This document shows, in pieces, positions 42,985-51,850 of a stretch of 64,000 nucleotides of DNA; the stretch's first letter is position 1; every line of letters starts with the position of its first letter. This DNA comes from a virus (lineage: Duplodnaviria > Caudoviricetes): IMG/VR virus record IMGVR_UViG_3300035661_000005, one strand, 5' to 3'. The position numbers and the translations under genes were made by a program. The notes beneath the pieces were generated by a model. It saw only the letters and a list, made by a program, of their open reading frames with translations, was not told where the DNA came from and made no database searches.

Positions 42985-43995
42985 ATGAGCAAGGAATCCA
43001 AGCCTGGCGTCGGCATCGACATCGGCACGATGAACATCGTCTCCGCCCGCATGACGAAGGCGGGTCAGATCGAGACGAAGCGCATCCGTGATGCCTTCAT
43101 CGATGTCGACGCCGAGGCGAAGAAGACGCTTCGGCTTTCGAAGGTCGACTACGTCGAGAAGGACGGCAAGTTGATCGTCCTGGGCGACTCGGCCCTGACG
43201 ATGGCGAACCTCTTCAAACAGGAGGCCCGTCGGCCCCTGAGCAAGGGCGTCATCGCACCCGGGGAGATCGACGCCCAGGAGATCCTGAGCCTCCTGATCT
43301 TCAACGTCCTCGGGGAGCCCATCGTCCAGGGGGAGCACTGCTACTACAGCGTGCCGGCCTCGCCGATCGACGACCCGGACCAGGACGTGATCTACCACAC
43401 GGAGGTCTTCCGCAAGATCATCTCCGAGCACGGGTACACGCCCTCTCCGATGAACGAGGCGATGGCGATCATCTACTCCCAGTGCGCGGAGGAGCAGTTC
43501 AGCGGGCTCGCCGTGAGCTTCGGTTCCGGCATGTGCAACGTCGCCCTGGCCTACCAGACGGTCAAAGGGCTCGACTTCAGCCTCGCCCGGGGTGGGGACT
43601 GGGTGGACCGCGGCGCGGCCAAGGCAATGGGAAGCACGGCGGCCCGCATGTGCTCCATCAAGGAGAAGGGTGTCGACCTCCTCAAGCCGAAGAGCCGTGA
43701 GGAGGAGGCCCTGGCCCTCTACATCCGGAACCTGATCCGCTACTGCCTGGAAAACATCGCCGTGCAGTTCCGGCGGGCGCAAGCGGCGATCGATCTTCCG
43801 GACAAGATCCCCTTCGTGGTCTCGGGTGGGACGACCAAGGCGATCAACTTCGAGTCCATCTTCCGGGACGAATTCGAGTCCATCAACAAGAAGGGCTTCC
43901 CGATCCCGATCTCGGACGTCCGCATCGCGAAGGACCCTATGACGGCGGTGGCTGAGGGCCTCTTGGTCCTCGCGGCGGAGGACCACGCGGGTTGA
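42985..43995 (+). CDS. Actin-fold ATPase (MreB/MamK/ParM superfamily)
   Basis: All five actin-ATPase elements in order: phosphate-1 GIDIGTMN, connect-1 MNEAMAII, phosphate-2 AVSFGSGMCNV, adenosine VVSGGTT, connect-2 AVAEGLL. About 336 aa, SD GAGG. Confidence 0.85.
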   Translation: MSKESKPGVGIDIGTMNIVSARMTKAGQIETKRIRDAFIDVDAEAKKTLRLSKVDYVEKDGKLIVLGDSALTMANLFKQEARRPLSKGVIAPGEIDAQEILSLLIFNVLGEPIVQGEHCYYSVPASPIDDPDQDVIYHTEVFRKIISEHGYTPSPMNEAMAIIYSQCAEEQFSGLAVSFGSGMCNVALAYQTVKGLDFSLARGGDWVDRGAAKAMGSTAARMCSIKEKGVDLLKPKSREEEALALYIRNLIRYCLENIAVQFRRAQAAIDLPDKIPFVVSGGTTKAINFESIFRDEFESINKKGFPIPISDVRIAKDPMTAVAEGLLVLAAEDHAG

Positions 43996-44026
43996 TCCGC
44001 GCAGGCCACTGCCTGAAAGGGAAGTC

Positions 44027-44131
44027 ATGTCCAACCGTATCGCTGCCACCGATCCCGCCTGGAGGAAGACCGCATCCGGTGGTTTCGCAGCCTACTCCAC
44101 CCAGGCGAGCATGGGTGCGAACATCGCCTGA
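44027..44131 (+). CDS. 34-aa micro-ORF below the track cut-off
   Basis: SD-like GAAAGGGA, then MSNRIAATDPAWRKTASGGFAAYSTQASMGANIA. Fills the intergenic gap. Confidence 0.55.
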   Translation: MSNRIAATDPAWRKTASGGFAAYSTQASMGANIA

Positions 44132-44147
44132 CCCATCGAGGGGGAAT

Positions 44148-45308
44148 ATGTACTACTACCTGACGAGCGCGCTGAAGCGGCGGGTGGCCCTGGAGCTGAA
44201 GGACAGCTTCGGGCGTCACCCGATCTACAAGAAGATCGTAGATTATATCCAAAATAAGTATTCGTTTTCGGAGCGTCCGCAGTTTGGCATCGTGATCAAG
44301 GGCTCCAGCGCCAACAAGGTGGCCCTCTCCGGTGACAACTTCATCGGGACGATCGAGAGTCACGTGATTCTCGCGAACGTAGGCGAGCCCGCCTACCCGA
44401 TCGAGTGGGTTCGTGAAGACCTCAACGCGGTCAGGGAGAACGGCAACATCTTCCCTCTCGTACCGGGGATCTACTACATCGAGATCCTCGACGCGCCGGA
44501 CAATCCGACGGACCCAGGGCACTTCATCGTCGATCCCCTACTCACGGTCACGGACGAGGCCATCCTGCAGTTCCTATCGGGGATCGAGCAGGAGGCGCAG
44601 CTACAGATGCCCCCGGCCAAGGGCACCTTGCGCCTATGGCTCAACAAGCGACAGCTCCTCAAGGAGGGTGCGGACTACACGGTCGATTATACGACCGGGG
44701 CTCTACGGATCAACGTCCGTTTCAGCCCGAACGACACCCTCACGGCGGATTACCGCTACCCGGCGCCAAGCGTCGGCCCCGTCGAATTCTGGTGGAACGT
44801 CTCGGACCACAAGACCCTCCCGGGGGTCATCCTCGCCTTCGGCAAACGGGCCAAGGCGGGGGACAAGGTTGCGATCGTCGTCTATCAGGACCGGGTCGAG
44901 GCTGCTCGGGCGTTCGGTGGCAAGTTCGAGGTGAACCTCGACCTCGATGTCATTTCGCAAGACCCCACCCAGATGGAGGAGATTGCCGACCTGGTGATCA
45001 TGTACCTCTGGGGTGAGCGCAAGGCGGACCTGGAGACGGAGGGCATCGAGATTGTGGACATCTCGATGGGCGGGGAAGCCGAGGAGGTTTACGACGAGAC
45101 GGGGGATACCTACTTCTACAACGCCTCGATCTCGTTGCAGCTACGGTCGGATTGGGAGATCCACATCCCGCTGCCACTGACCTTCTCGAAGGTCACGCAG
45201 GAGACGGTGGAGGGGAAGCCCGGTGTGAAGGCGGTCACGACCGGCCTGTTCCACCTGACGCACGCCATCTTCCCGAGCCGAAACAACGACTACGAACACA
45301 TCAAATGA
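44148..45308 (+). CDS. Tail terminator/sheath-stabiliser-like protein with an inserted beta domain
   Basis: SD GAGGGGG before ATG44148. FEVNLDLDVISQDPTQMEEIADLVIMYL resembles gp15/gpU-type terminators. Upstream of the sheath gene. Confidence 0.5.
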   Translation: MYYYLTSALKRRVALELKDSFGRHPIYKKIVDYIQNKYSFSERPQFGIVIKGSSANKVALSGDNFIGTIESHVILANVGEPAYPIEWVREDLNAVRENGNIFPLVPGIYYIEILDAPDNPTDPGHFIVDPLLTVTDEAILQFLSGIEQEAQLQMPPAKGTLRLWLNKRQLLKEGADYTVDYTTGALRINVRFSPNDTLTADYRYPAPSVGPVEFWWNVSDHKTLPGVILAFGKRAKAGDKVAIVVYQDRVEAARAFGGKFEVNLDLDVISQDPTQMEEIADLVIMYLWGERKADLETEGIEIVDISMGGEAEEVYDETGDTYFYNASISLQLRSDWEIHIPLPLTFSKVTQETVEGKPGVKAVTTGLFHLTHAIFPSRNNDYEHIK

Positions 45309-45321
45309 AGGTGGGGTGGCC

Positions 45322-45762
45322 ATGCCCAAGTACGTCTTTGCGTGTCAGAACGAGGCTTGCAGCCTGCGCTTCGAGCGTAGCCTCAAGATGGGGGAGCACC
45401 CGACCCACGTGTGCCCGGGGTGCCACGAGGAGGCCCCTCGGGTCTTGGACGGGGAGGCCTTCCACTTCGCCTTCCAGCAGAGCCAGACGGCGGCAGCGGC
45501 GAACACGGGCGTCCACAAGGCCGATTACCCCACGGCGGACCAGGTGGTGGGCCGGGACGCGGAGAGCCGGTGGGCCTCCTACGGCGAGCGAAACAAGGTA
45601 AAGGCGGCTGCCCGTGAGCAGGGCGGGACGAGGGCCCTCATTCGACACCAGGGCAAGGACTTCATCGACTACGAGCCGATGTCGGACGCGGGCCTTTCGG
45701 CGCGGAAGAAGCTGTTCGCCAAGGCGATCGAAGTCTCGAAGGCGACGAAAGAGGCTCGATAA
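45322..45762 (+). CDS. Second FmdB-like zinc-ribbon protein
   Basis: MPKYVFACQNEAC..RFE.......HPTHVCPGC.EEAPRV. Confidence 0.7.
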   Translation: MPKYVFACQNEACSLRFERSLKMGEHPTHVCPGCHEEAPRVLDGEAFHFAFQQSQTAAAANTGVHKADYPTADQVVGRDAESRWASYGERNKVKAAAREQGGTRALIRHQGKDFIDYEPMSDAGLSARKKLFAKAIEVSKATKEAR

Positions 45763-45771
45763 TCCACTGAT
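45761..45771 (+). promoter_or_regulatory. Putative late-promoter motif AATCCACTGAT
   Basis: Variant overlapping the previous stop, at the head of the 150-nt leader of the sheath gene. Confidence 0.45.
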
Positions 45772-45911
45772 GCCGGTCTGCCTAATAGAAGGCCCGGCCT
45801 CCGGGACCAGATGAAGATGGGGATCGTATCCGAAGCTCCGCCCCGGCAGTGAGGGGCACCCTTAGATCCAGATGTGATGAAGAACGCTGACGTCCCCACC
45901 AGGAGTCTCGG

Positions 45912-48900
45912 ATGTCCATCGGCCCCTTCGCCTCCTACGTCCCGCCCGGCATCTACACCCGGACGCTGACCGAATCCAACGTCGCGCAGCTCGTTGCCGG
46001 CCTACGCATCCCCGTGATCATCGGGGTCGGGCAGGAGCAGCTCGACCAGCTCAACGTGGAGATGGTCCGCGGAAGCAGTTCGACGGTCGACCAACAGATC
46101 TTCAACGAGGATCCCTCGCTCGCCTGGGTCGTGGACTCGACCAACCCGGCGAACCTGGTTCTCGGTCCGCAGGATGGTACGCGCCTGCAGCTGCGGGTGC
46201 GCAACTACCCGATCGTCGATGGTCAGGGCTTCGGCCGTGTGACCAACGACATCCGGACGGTGACCGTCACGGTGAACGGCACGCCGACGGCGGTGGCCCA
46301 GGTGAACGGCCAGAAGGGCCTGATCACCTTGCAGGTGCCGCCGCAGCCGACCGACATCGTGCGGGTCACCTACTACTTCCACCGCGGCGACACCCAGTTC
46401 ACGGATGACGTCTCGGCGCAGGTGACGCCCGACTCGGCCATTCTCGTGTCTCCTGGTTACGGCCCCTACGTCTTCACGGCTGGGTCGAACGACACCCTGA
46501 AGCTCAGGGTGAACGGCACCGCCTACACGGTGGTCTTCTCGGCCGGTGCGCTGACGGCGACCACGGTCAAGGCGCAGATCGACGCTCTGTCGATCGCGAA
46601 CCTGACGACCTCGGTCTACGTGGACCCGATCGGTCAGGAGCACATCCGGCTGCTCACGACCCAGGAGCTTCAGATCCTGGACGGTTCGGCGAACGGTCCG
46701 CTCGGCTGGACCAACTACACGAAGACCGCCCGCAACGTGGACTTCGCGGTCTTCAACCGTCCGATCACGGATGGTGGCGGCTCGGGCCTGACGACCACGG
46801 ACACCGCGAAGGTGGTCGTGAAGGTCAACAACGTCCAGGTCATCCCGGCGGCGGTCAACGGCCAGAATGGTCTCGTGACCCTCACGCTGGCACCGCCCCC
46901 CGGTGCCAGCGTGAGGGTCACGTACTGGGCGAACACGTGGCAGGACACGTACGACTATCTGCCGAACACCCTGGTGACCCAGGTCACCCAGTGCGGTATC
47001 GCCCCGGGACGGTCCGACTACATCCAGGGCGCCGACTTCGTGGTCTCGAACCCGACGGCGGACACCAGCATCATCCACTGGGGTACGAGCATGGCGGTCA
47101 GCGCCGTCTCGACCACGGCGGGTGGGACGCCCTTCCATGACTCGCAGATCGTCGGGACGCTGGTCGACGACCAGATGTTCCTCGGTGAGTGCGAGCGGGT
47201 GGTCAACACGGCGGTGAACCCGGCGACCATCTCCGGGACGGACTTCATCCTCCCCGAGATCCCGACGCTCGGCAACGGCCGCAACACGCCGCTCGGTACC
47301 ACGGACTTCGCCTCGGTCACGAACAGCCGTCAGGACGTCATCTCGAACCGTCCGGACCTCGTCGTGGTCTACGTCGGGCGCAACCTCCAGGACGCGCTCA
47401 ACCGTCCGGTCGCCAAGGTCGACTACGTGGATGGGGCCAACCGCCTGATCCGGCTGACGTCCTCGGTCCCGGCCGACTGGAAGGCCTTCGCGACCTTCTA
47501 CTACAACCGGATCGTCGACGACACCTACCTCTTCACCAACAAGGTGTCGGGGCCGGTCGGCACCGGGCAGTACGAGGTGCTCGCGGTCGCGACCCAGGAG
47601 CAGCTCTACCAGGTCAACTTCACGAAGGTGGGCCTACCCTTCGGTGGTTCGCCGGTTCCGCAGATCGTGCAGTGGCCGCGTGGGGTCGAGAACATCCCCG
47701 ACGCCTTCCACGCGGGCTCGGGCACGCCGGTCAGTGAGACGGTCCTCGTGACCTTCCGCCAGTCGGCGGCGGGCAACGCGGCCTACACGATCAAGGGCGC
47801 GGAGAGCTACGGGCTCTACAACCCCACCTCGGCGACTTGGGTCACCCTGCTGCAGGGGCTGCCCATCTCGACGTCCCTCAATGCGGCGGCTCCGGCCTCC
47901 CTCGTCAGCGGCCACGTGGCGGTCATCCAGCCGCCGGACGTGAACGCGGGGAAGATCAACGTCGCGGTCGGCACCGAGACGCTGAACCTGGAGATCGACG
48001 GGGTCTCGATCGCGGTGACCCTGACGACGGGCTACCGGACTCCGACCCAGATCGTCAACGAGATCAACTCGGCGATCGACCTCGACCCGGCCTTCAGCGG
48101 TACGGCGCCGAACAACCTGGCGGGCTACAGCCAAATCGGCGGATCTTCGGGCGATGTCTTCTTCCACGTGAAGTCGTACACGACGCCTAGCGCGCTCCCG
48201 GGTGGGTTCGACTCGGCGGCGAAGGTCAAGATCGCCCAGGGGACGGCGGAGACGACCCTCGGCTTCAAGACCTTCCAGACGGCGACCGGGACCTCGGGCG
48301 CCATCTGCAAGCCGGCGACGCTCCTCGGCTCGGTGGCCGGGCCGTACGTGATCACGACGGGCGTCAACGACACCCTCAAGGTGCGGGTCGACGGGGTGGA
48401 TTACACCGTGGCCCTCCCGGGTGGTGCCTCGGTGACCACGACGGCGGTCGTCACGGCGATCAACGCGGTGATCCCGAGCTTCTCCTCGGTTGGCACCTTG
48501 GGGAACCTGAACCACCTGCGGCTCACCAGCCCGACGAACACGACGGTCTCTTCGATCGTCATCCTCGACGGGACGGCCAACGCGATCCTCGGGTTCGTCC
48601 AGAACGAGCAGGCGAGCCAGGTGCGGGTCACGGCGCAGGAGATCGTCAACGCGCTCAACGCCACGGCGGGCTTCCTCGCAGCGGGCATCGCGTACGTCAC
48701 CTCGGTCGAGGGTCTCAACTACGTCACGATCGAGTCGATCACGACGGGTGCGGCGACGTCCAGCGTCGGGTTCGGCTCCTCGGCCAACTCGGCCTTCAAC
48801 ACCGGGACCGGCCTGAACATCACGCCGGGCACGGACGGGGACATCGGCGAGGACCCGCGCACGGTCTTCGACGTCCGTTCGACGAACCCGCTCGGCTCGG

Positions 48901-50198
48901 CCGGTACGGGTACGCCGGGTCAGACCTACACGGATGCCCGCACGGGCCTCCGCTTCACGGTCCTGCCCTCGACCACGACGTACCAGGCGGGCAAGTCGTT
49001 CGGCTTGGTGGTCTCGACGACCTTCGCGGTCAACCCCGCGGTGCCCTTCTACGCGATCCCCGGTGTGGAGACGACGGTCTCCAACACGGTCGGGGTCGTG
49101 CCGGGTGATGTGGGTCAGATCCAGACGTTCCACCCGGGTGGGGCGGAGCCGAAGGTCGGGGACTTCTACTACATCTCGTACAAGTACCAGAAGCAGGACT
49201 TCTCGACCCGGATCTTCCGGCAGCTCAAGACGATCGAGGCCAACTTCGGCGTCACCTCGCCGGCGAACCGTGTCACCCTGGCGGCCTACCTGGCGATCCT
49301 CAACGGGGCGCTCCTGGTCGGCATCAAGCAGGTGCGCAAGGTCCCGAACACGAATCAGGCGTCGGACGCGGACTTCATCGCCGCGATCCAGGCCCTATCG
49401 ACGCCGATGCCGGGCAACGTGAAGCCTGACATCCTCGTGCCCCTGGCGACCTCGACGTCGGTCTACGCGGCCCTCACGAGCCACGTAGAAACGATGAGCC
49501 TCATCCAGAACCAGGCGGAGCGGATGGGCTTCATCGGGTTTGCCTCGGGGACGACGCCCTCGAACGCGGCGACGATCGCAGCGAGCCTCAGCTCGAACCG
49601 CATCGTGGCCCTCTACCCGGACTCGGTGGTCGTCACTCTGACCGATGAGCTGGGTCAGAGTTTCGACTCCCTCGTGGACGGCACCTTCTTCGCGGCGGCG
49701 GTGGCCGGCGCGGCGGTGTCCCCCTCGGTGGACGTGGCGACGCCGTACACCCGGCGCCGGATCCAGGGCTTCACGAGCATCCCGCGGATCCTCGATCCGG
49801 TCGAGGCCAACCAGACGGCCGTGAAGGGCGTCACCCTGATCGAGGATCTGGACCCGGTGATCCGGATCCGGCAGGGCCTGACGACCAACATGCAGAGCCC
49901 GCTGACGCGCCTGCCGACGGTCACCCAGATCGCCGACTACGTGCAGCAGCAGAGCCGTCAGACGCTCGACTCCTTCGTCGGGACGAAGTTCCTCGCGACG
50001 CGGACGCAGGAGGTCAACGTCTCGATGACGAGCCTCTTCAAGCAGATGGTCCAGGCGGAGATCGTCGGGGGCTTCACGGGGATCTCGTCCACGGTCGACC
50101 CGGACGACCCCACGGTCATGCGGTTCGAGGCGTACTACCAGCCGATCTTCCCGCTGCTCTACATCGTGATGTCCTTCAACCTGAGAGCAAGTGTCTAG
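45912..50198 (+). CDS. Contractile tail sheath protein, very large (1428 aa)
   Basis: N-terminal YVPPGIYTR...IPVIIGVG. C-terminal sheath domain LTSHVETMS...ERMGFIG...IRIRQGLTT...TVTQIADYV...LDSFVG...YYQPIFPLLYIVMSF. Confidence 0.9.
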   Translation: MSIGPFASYVPPGIYTRTLTESNVAQLVAGLRIPVIIGVGQEQLDQLNVEMVRGSSSTVDQQIFNEDPSLAWVVDSTNPANLVLGPQDGTRLQLRVRNYPIVDGQGFGRVTNDIRTVTVTVNGTPTAVAQVNGQKGLITLQVPPQPTDIVRVTYYFHRGDTQFTDDVSAQVTPDSAILVSPGYGPYVFTAGSNDTLKLRVNGTAYTVVFSAGALTATTVKAQIDALSIANLTTSVYVDPIGQEHIRLLTTQELQILDGSANGPLGWTNYTKTARNVDFAVFNRPITDGGGSGLTTTDTAKVVVKVNNVQVIPAAVNGQNGLVTLTLAPPPGASVRVTYWANTWQDTYDYLPNTLVTQVTQCGIAPGRSDYIQGADFVVSNPTADTSIIHWGTSMAVSAVSTTAGGTPFHDSQIVGTLVDDQMFLGECERVVNTAVNPATISGTDFILPEIPTLGNGRNTPLGTTDFASVTNSRQDVISNRPDLVVVYVGRNLQDALNRPVAKVDYVDGANRLIRLTSSVPADWKAFATFYYNRIVDDTYLFTNKVSGPVGTGQYEVLAVATQEQLYQVNFTKVGLPFGGSPVPQIVQWPRGVENIPDAFHAGSGTPVSETVLVTFRQSAAGNAAYTIKGAESYGLYNPTSATWVTLLQGLPISTSLNAAAPASLVSGHVAVIQPPDVNAGKINVAVGTETLNLEIDGVSIAVTLTTGYRTPTQIVNEINSAIDLDPAFSGTAPNNLAGYSQIGGSSGDVFFHVKSYTTPSALPGGFDSAAKVKIAQGTAETTLGFKTFQTATGTSGAICKPATLLGSVAGPYVITTGVNDTLKVRVDGVDYTVALPGGASVTTTAVVTAINAVIPSFSSVGTLGNLNHLRLTSPTNTTVSSIVILDGTANAILGFVQNEQASQVRVTAQEIVNALNATAGFLAAGIAYVTSVEGLNYVTIESITTGAATSSVGFGSSANSAFNTGTGLNITPGTDGDIGEDPRTVFDVRSTNPLGSAGTGTPGQTYTDARTGLRFTVLPSTTTYQAGKSFGLVVSTTFAVNPAVPFYAIPGVETTVSNTVGVVPGDVGQIQTFHPGGAEPKVGDFYYISYKYQKQDFSTRIFRQLKTIEANFGVTSPANRVTLAAYLAILNGALLVGIKQVRKVPNTNQASDADFIAAIQALSTPMPGNVKPDILVPLATSTSVYAALTSHVETMSLIQNQAERMGFIGFASGTTPSNAATIAASLSSNRIVALYPDSVVVTLTDELGQSFDSLVDGTFFAAAVAGAAVSPSVDVATPYTRRRIQGFTSIPRILDPVEANQTAVKGVTLIEDLDPVIRIRQGLTTNMQSPLTRLPTVTQIADYVQQQSRQTLDSFVGTKFLATRTQEVNVSMTSLFKQMVQAEIVGGFTGISSTVDPDDPTVMRFEAYYQPIFPLLYIVMSFNLRASV

Positions 50199-50223
50199 GG
50201 TCCAGCACAATCTAAAGAAAAGG

Positions 50224-50259
50224 TTGACAGCGTGGTAATCCGAGCGTAGGCTCGGAACC
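50224..50259 (+). promoter_or_regulatory. Canonical sigma70-type promoter, probably giving a leaderless mRNA
   Basis: An A-tract, then TTGACA-N17-TAGGCT-N7-GTG50260. The inverted repeat CCGAGC-GTAG-GCTCGG (50240-50255) overlaps the -10 element. Confidence 0.75.
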
Positions 50260-51654
50260 GTGGAAGAAACCGTCACCTGTCGCATCTGCGGACATTCGGC
50301 CGTGACCCTGGCTCGCCATCTCAAGGCGGTGCATAGGGTCACGGCCGACGCATATCGGGCGCAGTACCCAGACGCCCGTATCCGATCCGAAGCTTGTGAG
50401 GCGAACCGGCGAGCCGCTGTCACACGAGCCCACGCCGAGAAGCCACGGGCAGGGCAGAAGAAGGTTGTCGTCTGCCCGTGCGGGACCCCTCACGAGGTGG
50501 GGTTGACCTTCGCCTCGAAAGACCTTCGGTGCCCGTCGTGCAAGGCCAGAGACGAGGCGGCTGCTTGGCATGGAAAGGTCGAAGGAGAGGAGTACGTAAC
50601 GTGTCGTCTCTGCGGGCATCGCGCAGAGAGTCTGGTGAGTCACATACGATCCAAGCACCCAGAGCACGAAGGCCAGTACGAAGGGGACGTCATCTCCCGC
50701 AGGTCTGCGATCAGGGATAAGGCAACCCTCAAGGGCCGCACCCTCTCCGCCGAGACCCGAGCGAAGATGTCCGCCAGTGCGGGGTGGAACCGAGGTCTGA
50801 CGAAGGAGATCGATGAAAGGGTGGCGCACGCAGCGGCGGCCATGAAGGGTCGTGTCCCGTGGTCGAAGGGACACACGAAGGCGGATCACCCAAGTCTTCG
50901 GAGCACTTCGGATAAGCTATCCAAGATCACGGGTGCGGCACGTTCTTGGTCTAACGGCCTTGCGGCAGACCTGTCGAACGTAGACTTCACGCCATACCTC
51001 GATGAGACGGGGGCGGTGGATCGCAAGACGATGGCGGAAGAACTTGGGCTATCGGAGCCCACGATCACCAAGTACATGGAAGCGGCAGGTCTCCGTCTTT
51101 CGACCAGGTACGTGGACGCCAGGGCCGAAAGGCAAACGATCCGCTTGGAAAGAGCGGATCTAGAGAAGCACACGCTCGGGAACGGCAAGGTTGTTATCGC
51201 TCAAGCGATGGCGGCACTCGGGCGCGACTTCAAGGTCATCAAGCGTGAGTGCGAACGCCACGGTCTGGAGACATTCAGCCACCGCCTCCGTCAAACTCTC
51301 TGCCTCGATGCAGTGTCGAGGGCTCTTGGTGGGGTTGCGTACGAGCAAGAGTGGAGTCCTCGCCGTTTCACCAACCCATCGACCGGCCATCGCTTCCGTT
51401 TCGATGGCTTCTTCCCCTCCCACAACCTCATCGTCGAGTTCCACGGCTACCAGCACTACGTCTTTCCGAGCGTCTACATCAAGCGTGACGAGCTGTACTT
51501 CGCGCTCCAGGAGCGGGACCGGATCAAGGAGAACATGATCCATGCTGATCCCGTCCTTCGCTACTTCCTCGTACGTGAAGACGAGCCCTACGCGGACCCG
51601 GCCTACCTTCGGGGTCGTCTTATGGACGAGGGCGTCCTCGACCCGGGGAAATGA
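50260..51654 (+). CDS. Free-standing endonuclease: C2H2-like zinc fingers, NUMOD3-like repeats, C-terminal PD-(D/E)xK (Vsr/DUF559-like) domain
   Basis: CRICGH...LARHLKAVH and CRLCGH...LVSHIRSKH. KGRTLSAETRAKMS and GWNRGLTKEIDERV. C-terminal FRFDGFFPSHNLIVEFHGYQHY. Lower GC3. Confidence 0.8.
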   Translation: MEETVTCRICGHSAVTLARHLKAVHRVTADAYRAQYPDARIRSEACEANRRAAVTRAHAEKPRAGQKKVVVCPCGTPHEVGLTFASKDLRCPSCKARDEAAAWHGKVEGEEYVTCRLCGHRAESLVSHIRSKHPEHEGQYEGDVISRRSAIRDKATLKGRTLSAETRAKMSASAGWNRGLTKEIDERVAHAAAAMKGRVPWSKGHTKADHPSLRSTSDKLSKITGAARSWSNGLAADLSNVDFTPYLDETGAVDRKTMAEELGLSEPTITKYMEAAGLRLSTRYVDARAERQTIRLERADLEKHTLGNGKVVIAQAMAALGRDFKVIKRECERHGLETFSHRLRQTLCLDAVSRALGGVAYEQEWSPRRFTNPSTGHRFRFDGFFPSHNLIVEFHGYQHYVFPSVYIKRDELYFALQERDRIKENMIHADPVLRYFLVREDEPYADPAYLRGRLMDEGVLDPGK

Positions 51655-51776
51655 TGCTCGCGCGGCGCCTTGTCAGAAAGTTGGGTTGCCGGTCGTCCCT
51701 TCGGCGTAGGGTGAGCTTGGAGCGAATGCCGTTGGGTCTACATCTCACCATCGCAGACTGAGGGGTTGTGATAGAA

Positions 51777-51808
51777 GGGCGCCCGCTGGCTTCGGTCAGC
51801 GGGCGTTC
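51777..51808 (+). terminator. Strong hairpin with a cUUCGg loop
   Basis: GGGCGCCCGCTGGC-TTCG-GTCAGCGGGCGTTC, with a weak U-tract. Confidence 0.55.
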
Positions 51809-51821
51809 CCGATTCTGGTGT

Positions 51822-51832
51822 AATCCTCTTGT
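51822..51832 (+). promoter_or_regulatory. Putative late-promoter motif AATCCTCTTGT
   Basis: Best-consensus match, followed by SD AGGAG and the helicase ATG51851. Confidence 0.6.
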
Positions 51833-51850
51833 GCCCTCGCAGGAGACGTG

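Noticed and set aside
42985-43995. Hsp70/DnaK chaperone or FtsA call for the actin-fold protein
   Set aside because: It is too short for DnaK and has no substrate-binding domain, and no FtsA 1C domain or amphipathic tail is evident. A specific family symbol is not supportable.
43992-44147. Track starts for several genes (15978, 22568, 26474, 27540, 27911, 39376, 41174, 43992, 56182, 58655)
   Set aside because: These upstream extensions overlap neighbouring genes or promoters. Downstream starts with SDs or stop/start overlaps were used instead.
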